From assembly GCF_009914755.1 (NCBI RefSeq), contig NC_060927.1: a DNA stretch of 64,000 nucleotides. The stretch is one strand, 5' to 3'. A program made the position numbers and the translations under genes. Origin of the DNA: the human T2T-CHM13v2.0 reference genome, Homo sapiens. Under the pieces are notes generated by a model. The model searched no databases. It saw only the letters and a program-made list of their open reading frames with translations, and had not been told where the DNA came from. Shown here piece after piece: positions 45,551-56,995 of this stretch (positions within the stretch are counted from its first letter, which is position 1; each line of letters begins with the position of its first letter).

Positions 45551-45824
45551 TTATATATATTTTTTCTCCTTTTACTTATTAAGGTAATATATATCCTGCT
45601 ATTGATAACATAAACATACTGGTCATGGCATATTTTTCATGCTGCTATAATTGATATACTAATATTTTATTTAAGACATTTGTTGTTTCAACATTTAAAA
45701 ATGAGAATGGTCTAAATATTTTTTCTTTAGGGATGCATATTGGTAAAGTACTATTGCATCAATACTTCACTTATTTTAAAAAATTTTGTACTCTGTTACA
45801 ATTTGAGTTCAGGAAGTAACTTAA

Positions 45825-46070
45825 GGTAATGGTTAAGAATCTAGGCTCTTACATATGACAGATGTGGGTTAGAAATTCAGTTACACTATTTACTGTCTCA
45901 TCTTGGTTGTGTAACTTAACAAACTTATTTCCCATCTGTAGGAAAAAAAATAACAACAGTACCTCCCTCATAAAATCGTATTAAATATGATAGCACGCAC
46001 TATCATATTTAATGTGAGCACACACTATCATGTCACTACTTGTGGCAAGTAATAGGCATTCAATAGGTGT
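45825..46070 (+). mobile_element. MIR with an internal fold-back insertion
   Basis: 'atggttaagaatctaggctct...cccatctgta...acagtacctccctcata'. Confidence 0.65.
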
Positions 46071-46774
46071 GTAAACACACACACACAGACACTCAAAGAA
46101 ACAAAAAAATTAAGAATGTTTTATATTTTAAAGGCTTAATAAAATTTGCCAGTAAAGCAGTAGAGCCTAATGCCTCTTGAATCCTTAATTCTTTGAAAAC
46201 TTTTTCCTCTTTCTTCCACGTGTGTTTGCTTTCAAGGCTCTCTATCTCTTTTGACTTTCTTTATATTTAATTTGTATTAGCCCAGATATCAACTATTTCA
46301 ACAAAACTGTTTAAATGTATCAGTTTACTATACATAGCTTTTAAAGAATAATTAGCTTCTTAATCTCCTCTGAACAAATGTCTCTATCTCATTTCTCTCA
46401 TAATAATTTGTATTTCTTCAACATTGTCAGAAATTTGTTTATTAGTGTTTCCTAAAAGTAGCTCTTAATCACTTTTTAAAAAATTATTTTTAGTTTTCTA
46501 ATTTAATGATTTCAATCTGTATTGACTTATTTCCCATCCTTTGGTTTTTATTTTCTGGAACACGTAGTGTCTGCCTGGCTGAGGATGTGTGGTGGCAGGG
46601 AGGCACTGGAGAGCGGACCATGGAAACCTCATCTCTAGCAGATGTTTGCAAAAGGCTGGCTTCCACTTCCATCACTAGTACTGACTCTGGGTCTCTGGGT
46701 AAGGGATCATCTGGAAGAGCACAGAGCCTCCTCCTGACTCTGACATGTGGTCTCTTGTCAAATATATTCACCTA

Positions 46775-46945
46775 AAGAGTGTGAGGTTTAAAATCAGACA
46801 CTTAGATTTGAGTCCAGGTTCTGCCACTTATTATCGTAGTGATAAATCCCTTAACTTTTCCAAATCTCATTTTCTTCATCTTTGAAAAGGCTATTATAAT
46901 AGAGTCTTTCTCATGGGATTATGGTAAAGATTAAATGAGATAATT
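46775..46945 (+). mobile_element. MIR
   Basis: 'ttgagtccaggttctgccactta...ttcttcatct...gattaaatgagataat'. Confidence 0.75.
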
Positions 46946-47000
46946 CAGGGCCTGTGTTTATCTCATTGTCATATCCCTAGGATATACACTGATGCATGCA

Positions 47001-47020
47001 TGTGTGTGTGTGTGTGTGTG
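47001..47020. repeat. (TG)10 microsatellite
   Basis: seen directly. Confidence 0.95.
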
Positions 47021-50000
47021 CTTGCATATGTGTATGTATTTACATATAAAATATTTCTTAAATTAATAATTCAAGAATATTTCTTGAATAAGTCTTGGGA
47101 ATTTCCTCCCAGCCTTAAAACTCTACAAGTTACTGGGACCCAATCTTGTGAAGAGATTGAAGAGCTCACTGAACCTCTGCAGCTATTACGTGATAAAAAT
47201 GATTGAAGCCACTTGCCAACATAAAAGTGCCTTGTGCATGGTTATTAATAATACTGAGCAGTGCCCATTATAGAAAACCTGCAGCTTTTATGCGTCCATA
47301 ATTTTAGTCATGCTATCATCCTCTCAAAAAGAAGAATCGCCCCCAACACAAATTCTACCAGCTCTCTATTTTCCAATAAAGAGAACCTTGCAAATGGTGA
47401 AAACAATGGCAGGTCCTTTTCACCTAGACCCACTCAGAAGTTAGGAAGGGATGTGGATGAGAAACATTTACCTTGCCCGACACAAATCACCACATGCTTG
47501 GCTGTTTCCAAGCTGATGGCAAAATCTTCCATTAACAGAAAGGGGAAGGGATGCTCCTCGTTCAGCAAAGAGCCACTTCTGAAAAGGCACTCTTTTATAA
47601 AACAAAATAGCATGAAAAATATTTAGAGAAAATAACCAAAATGGACTTCCAAAAGCAAGCTGAATATTCTTTTACATGACATTTACAACCATCACTTGTT
47701 TCAGAGATTACTCACACAAAATCTTTAACATTCCAGAAGCCTATCCTTTCCATTTAGATGAGACTTTTTATAATGACTCTACTTCCTGTTCAAAGGGCAG
47801 AAAATTATTGTTTAACATTCTGGATTGCTGTGTGTAAACATTTGAAATTAGAATGTAATTTGTTGGGTTCATAGCAAATATATAACATTTATAGTGTACA
47901 TAAAGCACAAGTCATCCTCTATAAACTGCCTAAAATGGTGATAGAAAAGTTACTGTAATAAACATTTTAGTGATGTTTAGTGCGCTGAGAGATTGCCTGT
48001 GAGAAAATGATATGTAATATTAAGAAAAAACACTTGAATACAATGATCCAGAAAGTAGAAAAAAATGCATGGGGAAAGCCGGGTCAAGAGTTGGTGGTGA
48101 CAGCTGATTTTTTCCACTGTGGGATTCATAGGTCAGAGAACCCAAACCTGAGGGAATGAAGTCACTCCAAAGAGAAGACTTTGACTCATCACTTCATCAC
48201 TCATCCCAGGAGGTGAATGTTCAGACTGCTTTGCTCACCTACCTAGGTGTGCCAGAAAGCAGTGTGGCCTTGTCATTCCACCTCTGAGGTCTCTGTCCTG
48301 CCAGATAAAAACTACAGGAAAAAATAATTGGAGTTTGATTTTGAAAAGGAGGGTGGGGAGGGAAAAATAACTAACTTTTAAGAAGAACAGCTTCTGTTTT
48401 TCCTCGTGGTCACTAAATTGTCTTTGGGCTTAACTGTTTTGGCCAAAGACTTTAATTGAATTTTTTGAAATAGGACTCCAGTAAACTAATGCTTCCTCCT
48501 TTGATGGGGCCAGTATTATAGTTTGATTCCACTGTATTAAAGTTTTCATTCTTTAAAAAAGTATCAGCCATTTACATAATAGTGTAAAAATGGGCAGACA
48601 GTGAGGTTTTACATGTTATGCATCTTTACCCAAGATTATATTTCAAATAGGCTGCTAACATGTTAAATATGGAACTTTCTTCTAGATGGGCCTCTTATCC
48701 CTTCTTGCATGTTTTCTGAGAATTTTCTGAGTTCAATATTCAAGTATCAGTCAAAAGGCTCCAGGACTTAATAGTGAAAGCATGTTCCATTCCACATTTC
48801 ATATCCAGCAATAACATGCTTCCACTGCCTCGAATTATTTCTCTCTCAGTCAATGTACAAGTAAGATTAATATAATTTAAATATTTGGCGCTATAGATGT
48901 TGCATTTGGAAGATGAGAAACAGGAAGCTCCTGCAGGCAAATATCTTTGAGATGAAAAGCCGCAATAGAAAGTTGGGTTGCATCAACTTTCAGATAAAAT
49001 TCCCTTCTCCCAATGTAATGCAGACTATGAAGGATTTTCTTATTTTCAGAAATAAATAATAAAATTGAGGTGGGAAGAGCATTTCCTTTTCTTGTTATAA
49101 GCTTGTTCTGAATTATTATTAAAAGATAAACCGGGATCCTTCATGTGCTTGCTCTTACAGTGTTGAGGAAACTATACTATACATGAAATCTCCTGTGGTT
49201 TTGTCAGCCAGATTTGTCTTTATTTACCTTACTCAAGGACAATAAAAGGTATTGGTAACAGCACCCATGTGCAAATTTCACTTGTGGAACTACGTGATGA
49301 AGCCAGAAAGGAATCAGGGTTTTAAGAAGCACAATAAATACCACAGACAACATAGAGACCTGACGCCCCCTATTGTTAAAAATGTGTAAATCTAGAAATA
49401 TATTCAATTAGACTTTGGACATCAAGTACTATCATTTTACTTTTGACTGGTGCCGTTACCTATTCAGAGACCTTCTTGGTCTTATTTTTACTAACATACC
49501 AGATGGACTGGTCCATTGCATCCCTTCATTATTATTGTAGCCAAGTGCATATTGTCATGTCAGGCATGAGGAAGGGACTGATGAGGAGGGCTGTGGCATA
49601 CACAAAGCTACTGTGGAGAGCCCTGCTAATTGCCTTGTGGTCCAATCTCAGCAACAATGTGATTACCTGGCAGCAGTCCAGATGGCATCAGCCTCTACTC
49701 TAGGCATGTCAGCCCACAAAGGAGGGCACTGCCACCTGCTCGAGAAAGAGAGGTGAGCCCATTAATTCTGATTTACAAAGATGACACTGATTGAAGAGAG
49801 TTGGGCATGTGGTACCCCATAGCCCATTTCTAGAAACAGGCCACTGAGACCTCTTCATTCTTTCCATTCTCTGTCCTCTGGCCTTGCCTGCAATGAAATT
49901 ACTTGCAGCCTTTAAACTCTGTTTGCTCTCTGGTTTTATTGCTGGCAGAAAGCTGTACAGTTTATCAACATTATCTCATATTGGAAGATTCCAGACAGTG

Positions 50001-50377
50001 GAATGGTAGTTGTTGGGGCCATTAAGAGATGGCTCCACAGTCTGCCTGATGCAGAATTTATAGAGTCTTACTGTGTAAAGTCCTAGAAAATACAGATTGT
50101 CTCATTAGATGAAATGACAGCCTAGCACCTTAGAGATAGAGCAATTCCAAGTACTCGCAGGCCTCAGGTACAACTGGGCTTCCGAGGCTTGTTAAAAATG
50201 ATGCTGATAAACTTTTAAGATTTTTACAGGATACATCTTTCTGTGCTCATGACTTCAAGGGAAAATAGGCTTTCTTCATTCTAGAAAGCTCCTTCAAATC
50301 CTCCTTTGAGGAAATTCATATTCCTGTCTGTCTAGGGAAAGTTGATAACTTTGCTCTTTGTTCTTTCCTGTATTTCC

Positions 50378-50379
<2 letters not shown>

Positions 50380-50412
<33 letters not shown>
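50380..50412. repeat. (TG)16 microsatellite
   Basis: seen directly. Confidence 0.95.
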
Positions 50413-50413
<1 letters not shown>

Positions 50414-51003
50414 TTTGGCTGAGTTACTCTGAAGTGAAGGCTGAGACATGGTTTATTGAAGATGGTTCTCCTTGGAGAAGGGCAGCAAGGGAAACAGGAG
50501 GGGCTGAGCAAGCCTGTGGTCTCAGGTGGGGTCTAACCTCAGCCAGACACCATGGGGAGCTCTGAAGCATGCATTGCTCCACAGAGTTGATCTCACTCTT
50601 AGTAAGGGAATTATCCTTTTGCCCTCTGTCAGTCAGGTATAATCCTCCATGGAGAGGAGGGATGGAAAGGGGTTGCTGTGACCTCTAGGTCAGGAGGATT
50701 TAGCTTGGTCTAGGAGAGTGGTTCTCAAGAAGTGACCCATAGACTAGCAGAATCAATAGCACCTAGGAATTTGTTATAAATGCTAGTTCTCAGAAATCTC
50801 CCCAGACGTACTGAATGAGAAACTCTGAGAATGGGGTCCAGATCTATGAGGGTTAACAAGCCCTCCAGGTGATTCTGATTCATTATAAAATTTGAGAACC
50901 ACTAGTTGAGGTCAATTCCTTGGAGAAGGGGGTGTCTCTGAGCATGTAGCAGTCATCACTCACAGCAGCTGCAGGATGGTTGCACAACCCTGATGAAAGG
51001 GGT
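50410..51003. mobile_element. LTR33-like (ERVL) LTR interrupted by MER5A
   Basis: 'gctgagcaag..tgtggtctcag...ggggagctctgaagc...ccacagagttg'; resumes after the MER5A at 'caattccttggagaaggg'. Confidence 0.65.
50716..50904. mobile_element. MER5A hAT-Charlie MITE
   Basis: terminal inverted repeats agtggttctcaa / ttgagaaccact; about 189 bp; 'aacaagccctccaggtgattctgat'. Confidence 0.92.
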
Positions 51004-51534
51004 CATTTGTATTTATTTATTTTTTATTCTTTAACTTTTATTTTACATTCAGGGGGTACATGTGCAGGTTTGTCACATGGGTAAATTGCATGTTGCTGGG
51101 GTTTGGTGTACAAAAGATTTTGTCAACCAGATTGTGAGCATAATATTTGATAGGTAGTTTTACTATCGTCACCCTCCTCCCACTCTCTGCCCGCAGATAG
51201 GCTCCAGTGTCTATTTTTTCCCTTCTTTGAGTACATGTGTATTCAACATTTAGCTCTCACTTATAAATAAGAACATGCAGTGTTGAATAGGGACATCTCT
51301 TTGTTGAACAGGGAGTCCTTTCCCCATTGTTAGTTATGGTTGACTTTGTTGAAGATTAGATGGTTGAAGGTGTGTGACTTTATTTTGGGGTTCTCTATTA
51401 TGCTCCATTGGTCTATGTGTCTGTTTTTGTACCAGTACCATGCTGTTTCGGTTACCTTACAGCATAGTTTGAAGTCAGGTAGTATGATGTCTCCAGATTT
51501 GTTCTATTTGCTTAGGATTGCTTGGGCTATTCAG

Positions 51535-51570
51535 GTTTTTGTTTTTGTTTTTGTTTTTGTTTTTGTTTTT
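51535..51570. repeat. (GTTTTT)6 expansion inside L1 ORF2
   Basis: seen directly. Confidence 0.9.
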
Positions 51571-52289
51571 GGTTCCATATGAATTTTAGATTAGTTTTTT
51601 TCCTGGTTCTGTGAAGAATGACATTTGTAATTTGATAGGAATAGCATCGAATCTGTAGATTGCTTTGGGCAGTATTGCCATTTTAATTATATTATTTCTT
51701 CCCATCTATGAGCTTGGAACTTTTTTTCATTTGTTCGTTTCATCTCTGACTTCTTTAAGTAGTGTTTTGGAATTCTTGTAGCAGTCATTCATATCCCTGG
51801 TTAGCTGTATTTCTAGATATTTTATTCTCTTAGTGGCTATTGTGAATGGAATTGCATTCTTGATTTGGTTCTCAGGTTGGACATTATTGACATATAGAGA
51901 TACAATTCATTTTTATACATTGATTTTTGTGTCCTGAAACTTTACTGAAGTTGCTTATCAGTTCAAGGAGCCTTTGGGCAGAGACTATAGGATTTTCTAT
52001 GTATAGAATCATATAATCTGCAAAGAGAGGTAGTTTGAGTTACTTTCTTCCTATTTAGATGTCTTTTATTTCTTTCTCTTACCTGATTGCTCTGGCTAGG
52101 ACTTTCAGTACTATGTTAAATAGGAGTGGTGAGAGTGGGCATTCTTACCTTGTTCCAGATTTCAGGAAGAATGCTTCCAGCTTTTGCCCACTCAGTATGT
52201 TGCTGGCTGGGGGTTTGCCATAGATGACCCTTATTATTTTAAGGTGTGTTTTTTTGATGGCTAGTTTTTTCAGGGTTTTAACATAAAAG

Positions 52290-52703
52290 TGATATAGTTT
52301 GGATGTTTTTTTCCCCTTCAAATCTCATTTTAAAATGCAATCCCCAATGTTGGAGGGGATTGGATCACGGGGGTGGATTGCTCATGGTTTAGCACCGTCC
52401 CCCTTGGTACTGTCCTGGTGATAGTGAGTGAGTTCTTATAAGATATGGTCATTTAAAAGTGTGTAGCACCTCCCCATTTGCTCTATTGCTCCTGCTCTGA
52501 CCATGTGTTATACCTGCTCCAACTTCGCAGTCTGCCATGATTGTTAAGTTTCCTGAGGCTTCCCCACAGGCCAAGTAGAAGCCAGCATCATGTTTTCTAT
52601 ACAGCATGCAGAACTGTGAGCCAATTAAACCTCCTTTTTTTTTTTTTTACAAGTTACCCAGTCTCAGATATTTGCTATAGCAAAGCAAGAATGAACTAAT
52701 ATA
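52290..52703 (+). mobile_element. MSTA/MSTB solo LTR nested in L1
   Basis: 'tgatatagtttggat...cagaactgtgagccaattaaacctc...gaactaatata'; L1 is collinear on both sides. Confidence 0.9.
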
Positions 52704-55700
52704 GAAGGGATATTGGATTTTATTAAAAAGCTTTTCTGCATCTATCGAGGTGATCATGTAGCTTTTGTTTTTAGTTCTGTTTATGTGATGAGTCACATTT
52801 AATGATTTGCATATGGAGAACCAAACTTGCACTCCAGGAATAAAGCCTACTTGATCATAGTTGATTAGCTCTTTGATGGGCTGCTGGTTTTGATTCACTA
52901 GTACTTATTGAGGATATTTGTGTCTATGTTCATTAGGGATATGGGCCTGAAGTTTCCCTGTTTTGTTGTCTGTCTGCCAGGTTTTGGTATCAGAATGATG
53001 TTGGCCATAAAGAATGAGTTAGGGAGAAGCCCCTTCTCCTTGATTTTTTGGAATAGTTTTAGGAGGATTGGTACCAGCTCTTCTTCATACATGTGGTAAA
53101 ATTCAGCTGTGAATCCAGCTGGTCCAGGACATTGTTTGGTCAGTAGGTTTTTTCTTTTTATTACTGATTCAATTTTGGAACTCATCATTAGTCTATTCAG
53201 GATTTAAATTTCCTACTAGATCAATCTTGGGAGGTTGTATGTGTCCACGAATTTAGCCATTTCACCTAGGTTTTCTACTTTTCTAGTTTGCGTGCATAGA
53301 GATGTTCATAATAGTCTCTGGGGGTTTTTTGTATTTCTGTGGGGTTATTAGTAATGTCACCTTTGTCATTTCTGATTGTGTTTATTTGGATCTTCTTTCT
53401 TTTTTTCTTTATTAATCTAGCTAGTAATCTCTCAATGTTATTTATTCTTTCAAAAAAAACTTTTGGTTTCGTTGATCTTTTGCATGGATTTTCATGCTCA
53501 GTTTTGTTCAGTATAGCTCTGATTTTGGTTATTTTTTTCTTCTGCTAGCTTTGGAGCTGGCTGGCTCTTGTTTTACTAGTTCCTCTATATATAATGTTAG
53601 ATTATTAATTTAAAAATCATTCAATCTTCTTGATGTAGGCATTTAGCACTATAAACTTTCCTCTTAACACGGCTTTAGCTATGTCTCAGAGATTCTGGTA
53701 TGTTGTACCTTCGTTTTCATCAGTTTCAAAGAATTTTTTTTACTTCTGCCTTAATTTCATTCTTTACCCTAAAGTCATTCAGGAGCACATTGTTTAATTT
53801 CCTTGTAATTGTATGGTTTTGAGAGCTCTTCTCGGTGTTGATTTCTATTTTTATTGCATTGTCATTCAAGAATGTGGTAGGTATGATTGTGTGTTTTTTA
53901 AAAATTCATTCATAATTGCTTTATGGCCTCGTGTGTGGTCAATCCTAAGAGTATGTGCCATGTGCAGATGAGAAGAATGTATATTATCTTGTTAGGCATG
54001 GTATTCTATAGATATCTGTTAGTCTGTTTCGTCAAGTGTCAAGTTAAGTTCTAGAATATCTTTGTTGGTTTTCTGCCTATATTCTGCTAATATGTCTGTT
54101 ATTAGACTAATATTATTAAACTAATTATTATTATTATTAGACTAATAATGTCTAAGATGGTCAATAGGATGCCAAAGTCTCCCACTATTATTCTGTGGCT
54201 GTCTAAGCCTCTTCTTAGGTCTCTAAGAACCTGTTTTATGAATCTGAGTGCTTCAGTTTGGGTGCATATATGTTTAGAATAGTGAAGTGTTCTTGTTGAA
54301 TTGAACCTTTTATCATTATGTAATGCCATTTTTTGTCCTTTTTCATTGTTGTTAAAGTCTGTTTTGTCTGAAGTAAAAATAGCAATCTCTGCTCTGTTTT
54401 GTTTTTCATTAGACCTTTCTCCATCCCTTTACTTTGAGCTTATGGATACCATTTCAGGTGAGATGGGTTTCTTGAAGACAGCATACAGTTGAATCTTGCT
54501 TCTATATCCAACTTGTCACTCTATGTCTTCTAATTGGGATACTTAGCCAGTTTACATTCAAGGTTAATATTGATATGTGAGGATTTGATCCTGTTATTGT
54601 TTTTTTAGCTAGTTCTTATACAGACTTGATTGTATAGTTGCTTTATAGTGTCAGTGGGCTATGTGCTTAAGTGTGTTTTTGTTGTGGCCACTAATGATCT
54701 CTCATTTCTATGTTTAGCACTCTCTTGATGACCTCTTATGAGGCAGGTCTAGTGGTAATAAATTCAATTAGCATTTACTTGTCTGAAAATGATTTTATTT
54801 CTGTTTTTCTTATGAAGCTTATTTTGGCTGAATATAAAATTCTTCATTCACATTTTTTTCTTTAAGGATGCCGAATATAGGCTCCGAATCTCTTCTGGCT
54901 TGTAAAGTTTCTACTTAAAGGTCTGCTGTTAGCCTGATGGGGTTTCCTTTGTATGTGACCTGCCCCTTCTTTCTAGCTGCCTTTAAGATTTTTTCTTTTG
55001 TGTTGACCTTGAATAAACTGATGAGTATGTGTCTTGGGGCTAGTCATCTTGAATAGTATCTCACAGGGGTTCTCTGAATTTCCTGAATTTGCATGTTGAC
55101 CTGTCTAGTGAAGTTGTGGAAATTTTCATGGACAATATTCTCAAATATGCCTTCCACGTTGCTTGTTCTCTCTCTGTCTCTTTCAGAAATGACAGTGAGT
55201 CATTGGTTTGTTCTCTTTACATAATCCTTTATTTCTCAGCAATTTTGTTCATTTTTAAAAAATTCTTTTTTCTTTATTTTTGTCTGCCTGCATTGACTTG
55301 AAGGAATTATCTTTGAGCTCTGAGATTCTTTGCTCAGTTTGGTCTATTCTGTTACTAATGCTTCCAATTGTATTCCAAAATTCCTGTAGTTAATTTTTTA
55401 TTTCCAGAAGTTCAGTTTGGTTCTTTCTTAAAATGCCTTTGTCATATTTCAACTCTTTGACCATTTTACTCTTTTCCTTGGATTGGGTTTCAACCCTCTC
55501 CTGTATCTGGATGAGCTACCTTGCCATCCATATTCTGAATTCTATGTCTGTCGTTTCAATCATTTCAGTCTGGTTAAGAAACTTTCCTGGGGAGCAAGTG
55601 TGGTCATTTGGAGGCAAGAGGACACTCTGGCTTTTACAGCATTCCCATGTTCTTGGGCTGGTTCTTTCTCATCTCTGTGGGCTGATGTTCCTTTAATCTT

Positions 55701-56747
55701 TGAGGTTGCTGTCTTCTGGATGGAACTTTTTGCTTTTATATATATTTTTTATGCACATGAGAGTTTGACTGTGTTATAAATTGGGTTTAGTCAATTGGCT
55801 TTATTTCTGATCCTTTCAGGTGGCCAAGGCTTAGCTCAGCACTGCTCGGCTGTATGCTCTAATCTTGGCAGCTGGGATCAGGCCTGTGACTTTGTTTTCT
55901 GGGCCCTTGAGTTTAGTATGTGCTGCACTAGAGGGGCCAAGGTGTTCCCAGCACACTAGCAACAACACTCCAACAGGGGCTGCCAGCAAAATCTCTAGTG
56001 AGGTGGCAGTGGGACCCTGTGCATGTGTGTGCCAGCAGTGTGCTGGAGATGGGTCTGTGAATGGATGCATGCTAGCAGGGTGGCAGAGAGAACCCACATG
56101 TATGCATTCCAGTGGGGCAGTGTGGGGAGACTGTGAGGGAGTGCACACTGGTGGAGGTCCATCTGCAAAGTGCTCTGATGGGTAGGTGGGGTCTGCTGGC
56201 AAAAGAGCTCTGGTGGCGGCCACTGGCAAGCTGAGGCTGTACTGCATGGGTGCAGCCAAGCAGGGACTCTGCGAGAGGCTGGCAGACAGGCAAGTGCTCA
56301 GATAAGACTATTCCTGTCTCACAGGTAAGACAGCTCTGCTCTGTCCAAGCCTGGTAGCTAACAAAGTCTAAAGCCCCTTAGAGTATGGTGAGCTTTGGGG
56401 GTTGAACACACATGGCTGTGCTCCACTGCAGCTGTTCCCACACCAAACCTTCTGGGCTCTGCACAGGCTGAAGTTATTTATCTGTCAATTCTCCAGGCAG
56501 TTCTCCTTGCTAGCTCAGGTGTCTGTGGGGGTCATGGGATCTCCTGTTGCTAGGATTCTGGAGGTTCATGGTGAGAGTGCACCATTACATGCCTGTTTTA
56601 CTCAGCCCTTCCCTAGAAGCTGCTATGGGCCAGGAATGAGTCCTGGTGTTCAGTGACCCTATGCAGGGTCCCAAGCTTCCTTCCCCTTCAGTCTGGGGAC
56701 TGCATCTTCTCTCTGTCCATTCTAAATATCTTTTTTTTTCTTTTTTT

Positions 56748-56995
56748 GTCTCAGGAAAGCTTGTGCAAAGAAATAAAAATGTGGGATAAAATCTTAAGTA
56801 TGAGAAAATGTTAGTTGAGTAAAGAAAGCAGATTTCTGGGTAGGGAAAGAATCATGAAAGAAGGTTCTAAAGTTGAAAAATGTTATAGTTTATTGGAAGA
56901 ACTGATTGAAGAGTAATGTGGACAGCGCACTGAGAGTAAGAGAAATAATGGTGCAAAGGGAAGGCTGAGAGGCAGATTAGGGTCTAAAACACATT
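56748..56995 (-). mobile_element. L2 fragment
   Basis: purine-rich antisense L2-like sequence. Confidence 0.45.

Larger units (their letters stand above)
51007..56735 (-). mobile_element. Near-full-length L1PA15/L1PREC2-like element with about 1 kb internal deletion and nested MST
   Basis: 3' end 'gggggtacatgtgcaggtttgtcacatgggtaaattg'; ORF2 remnants 52647..53188 and 54236..54424; GC-richer 5'UTR at 55.8-56.7 kb. Confidence 0.9.

Noticed and set aside
46490-46775. Antiparallel 93-aa and 89-aa ORFs
   Set aside because: Short GC-richer patch with no recognisable product or splice support.
47261-47626. 121-aa + strand ORF in unique DNA
   Set aside because: GTG start, no recognisable homology or composition; probably chance.
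55433-56656. ORFs of up to 142 aa
   Set aside because: L1 5'UTR/ORF1 remnant; no coding signature.
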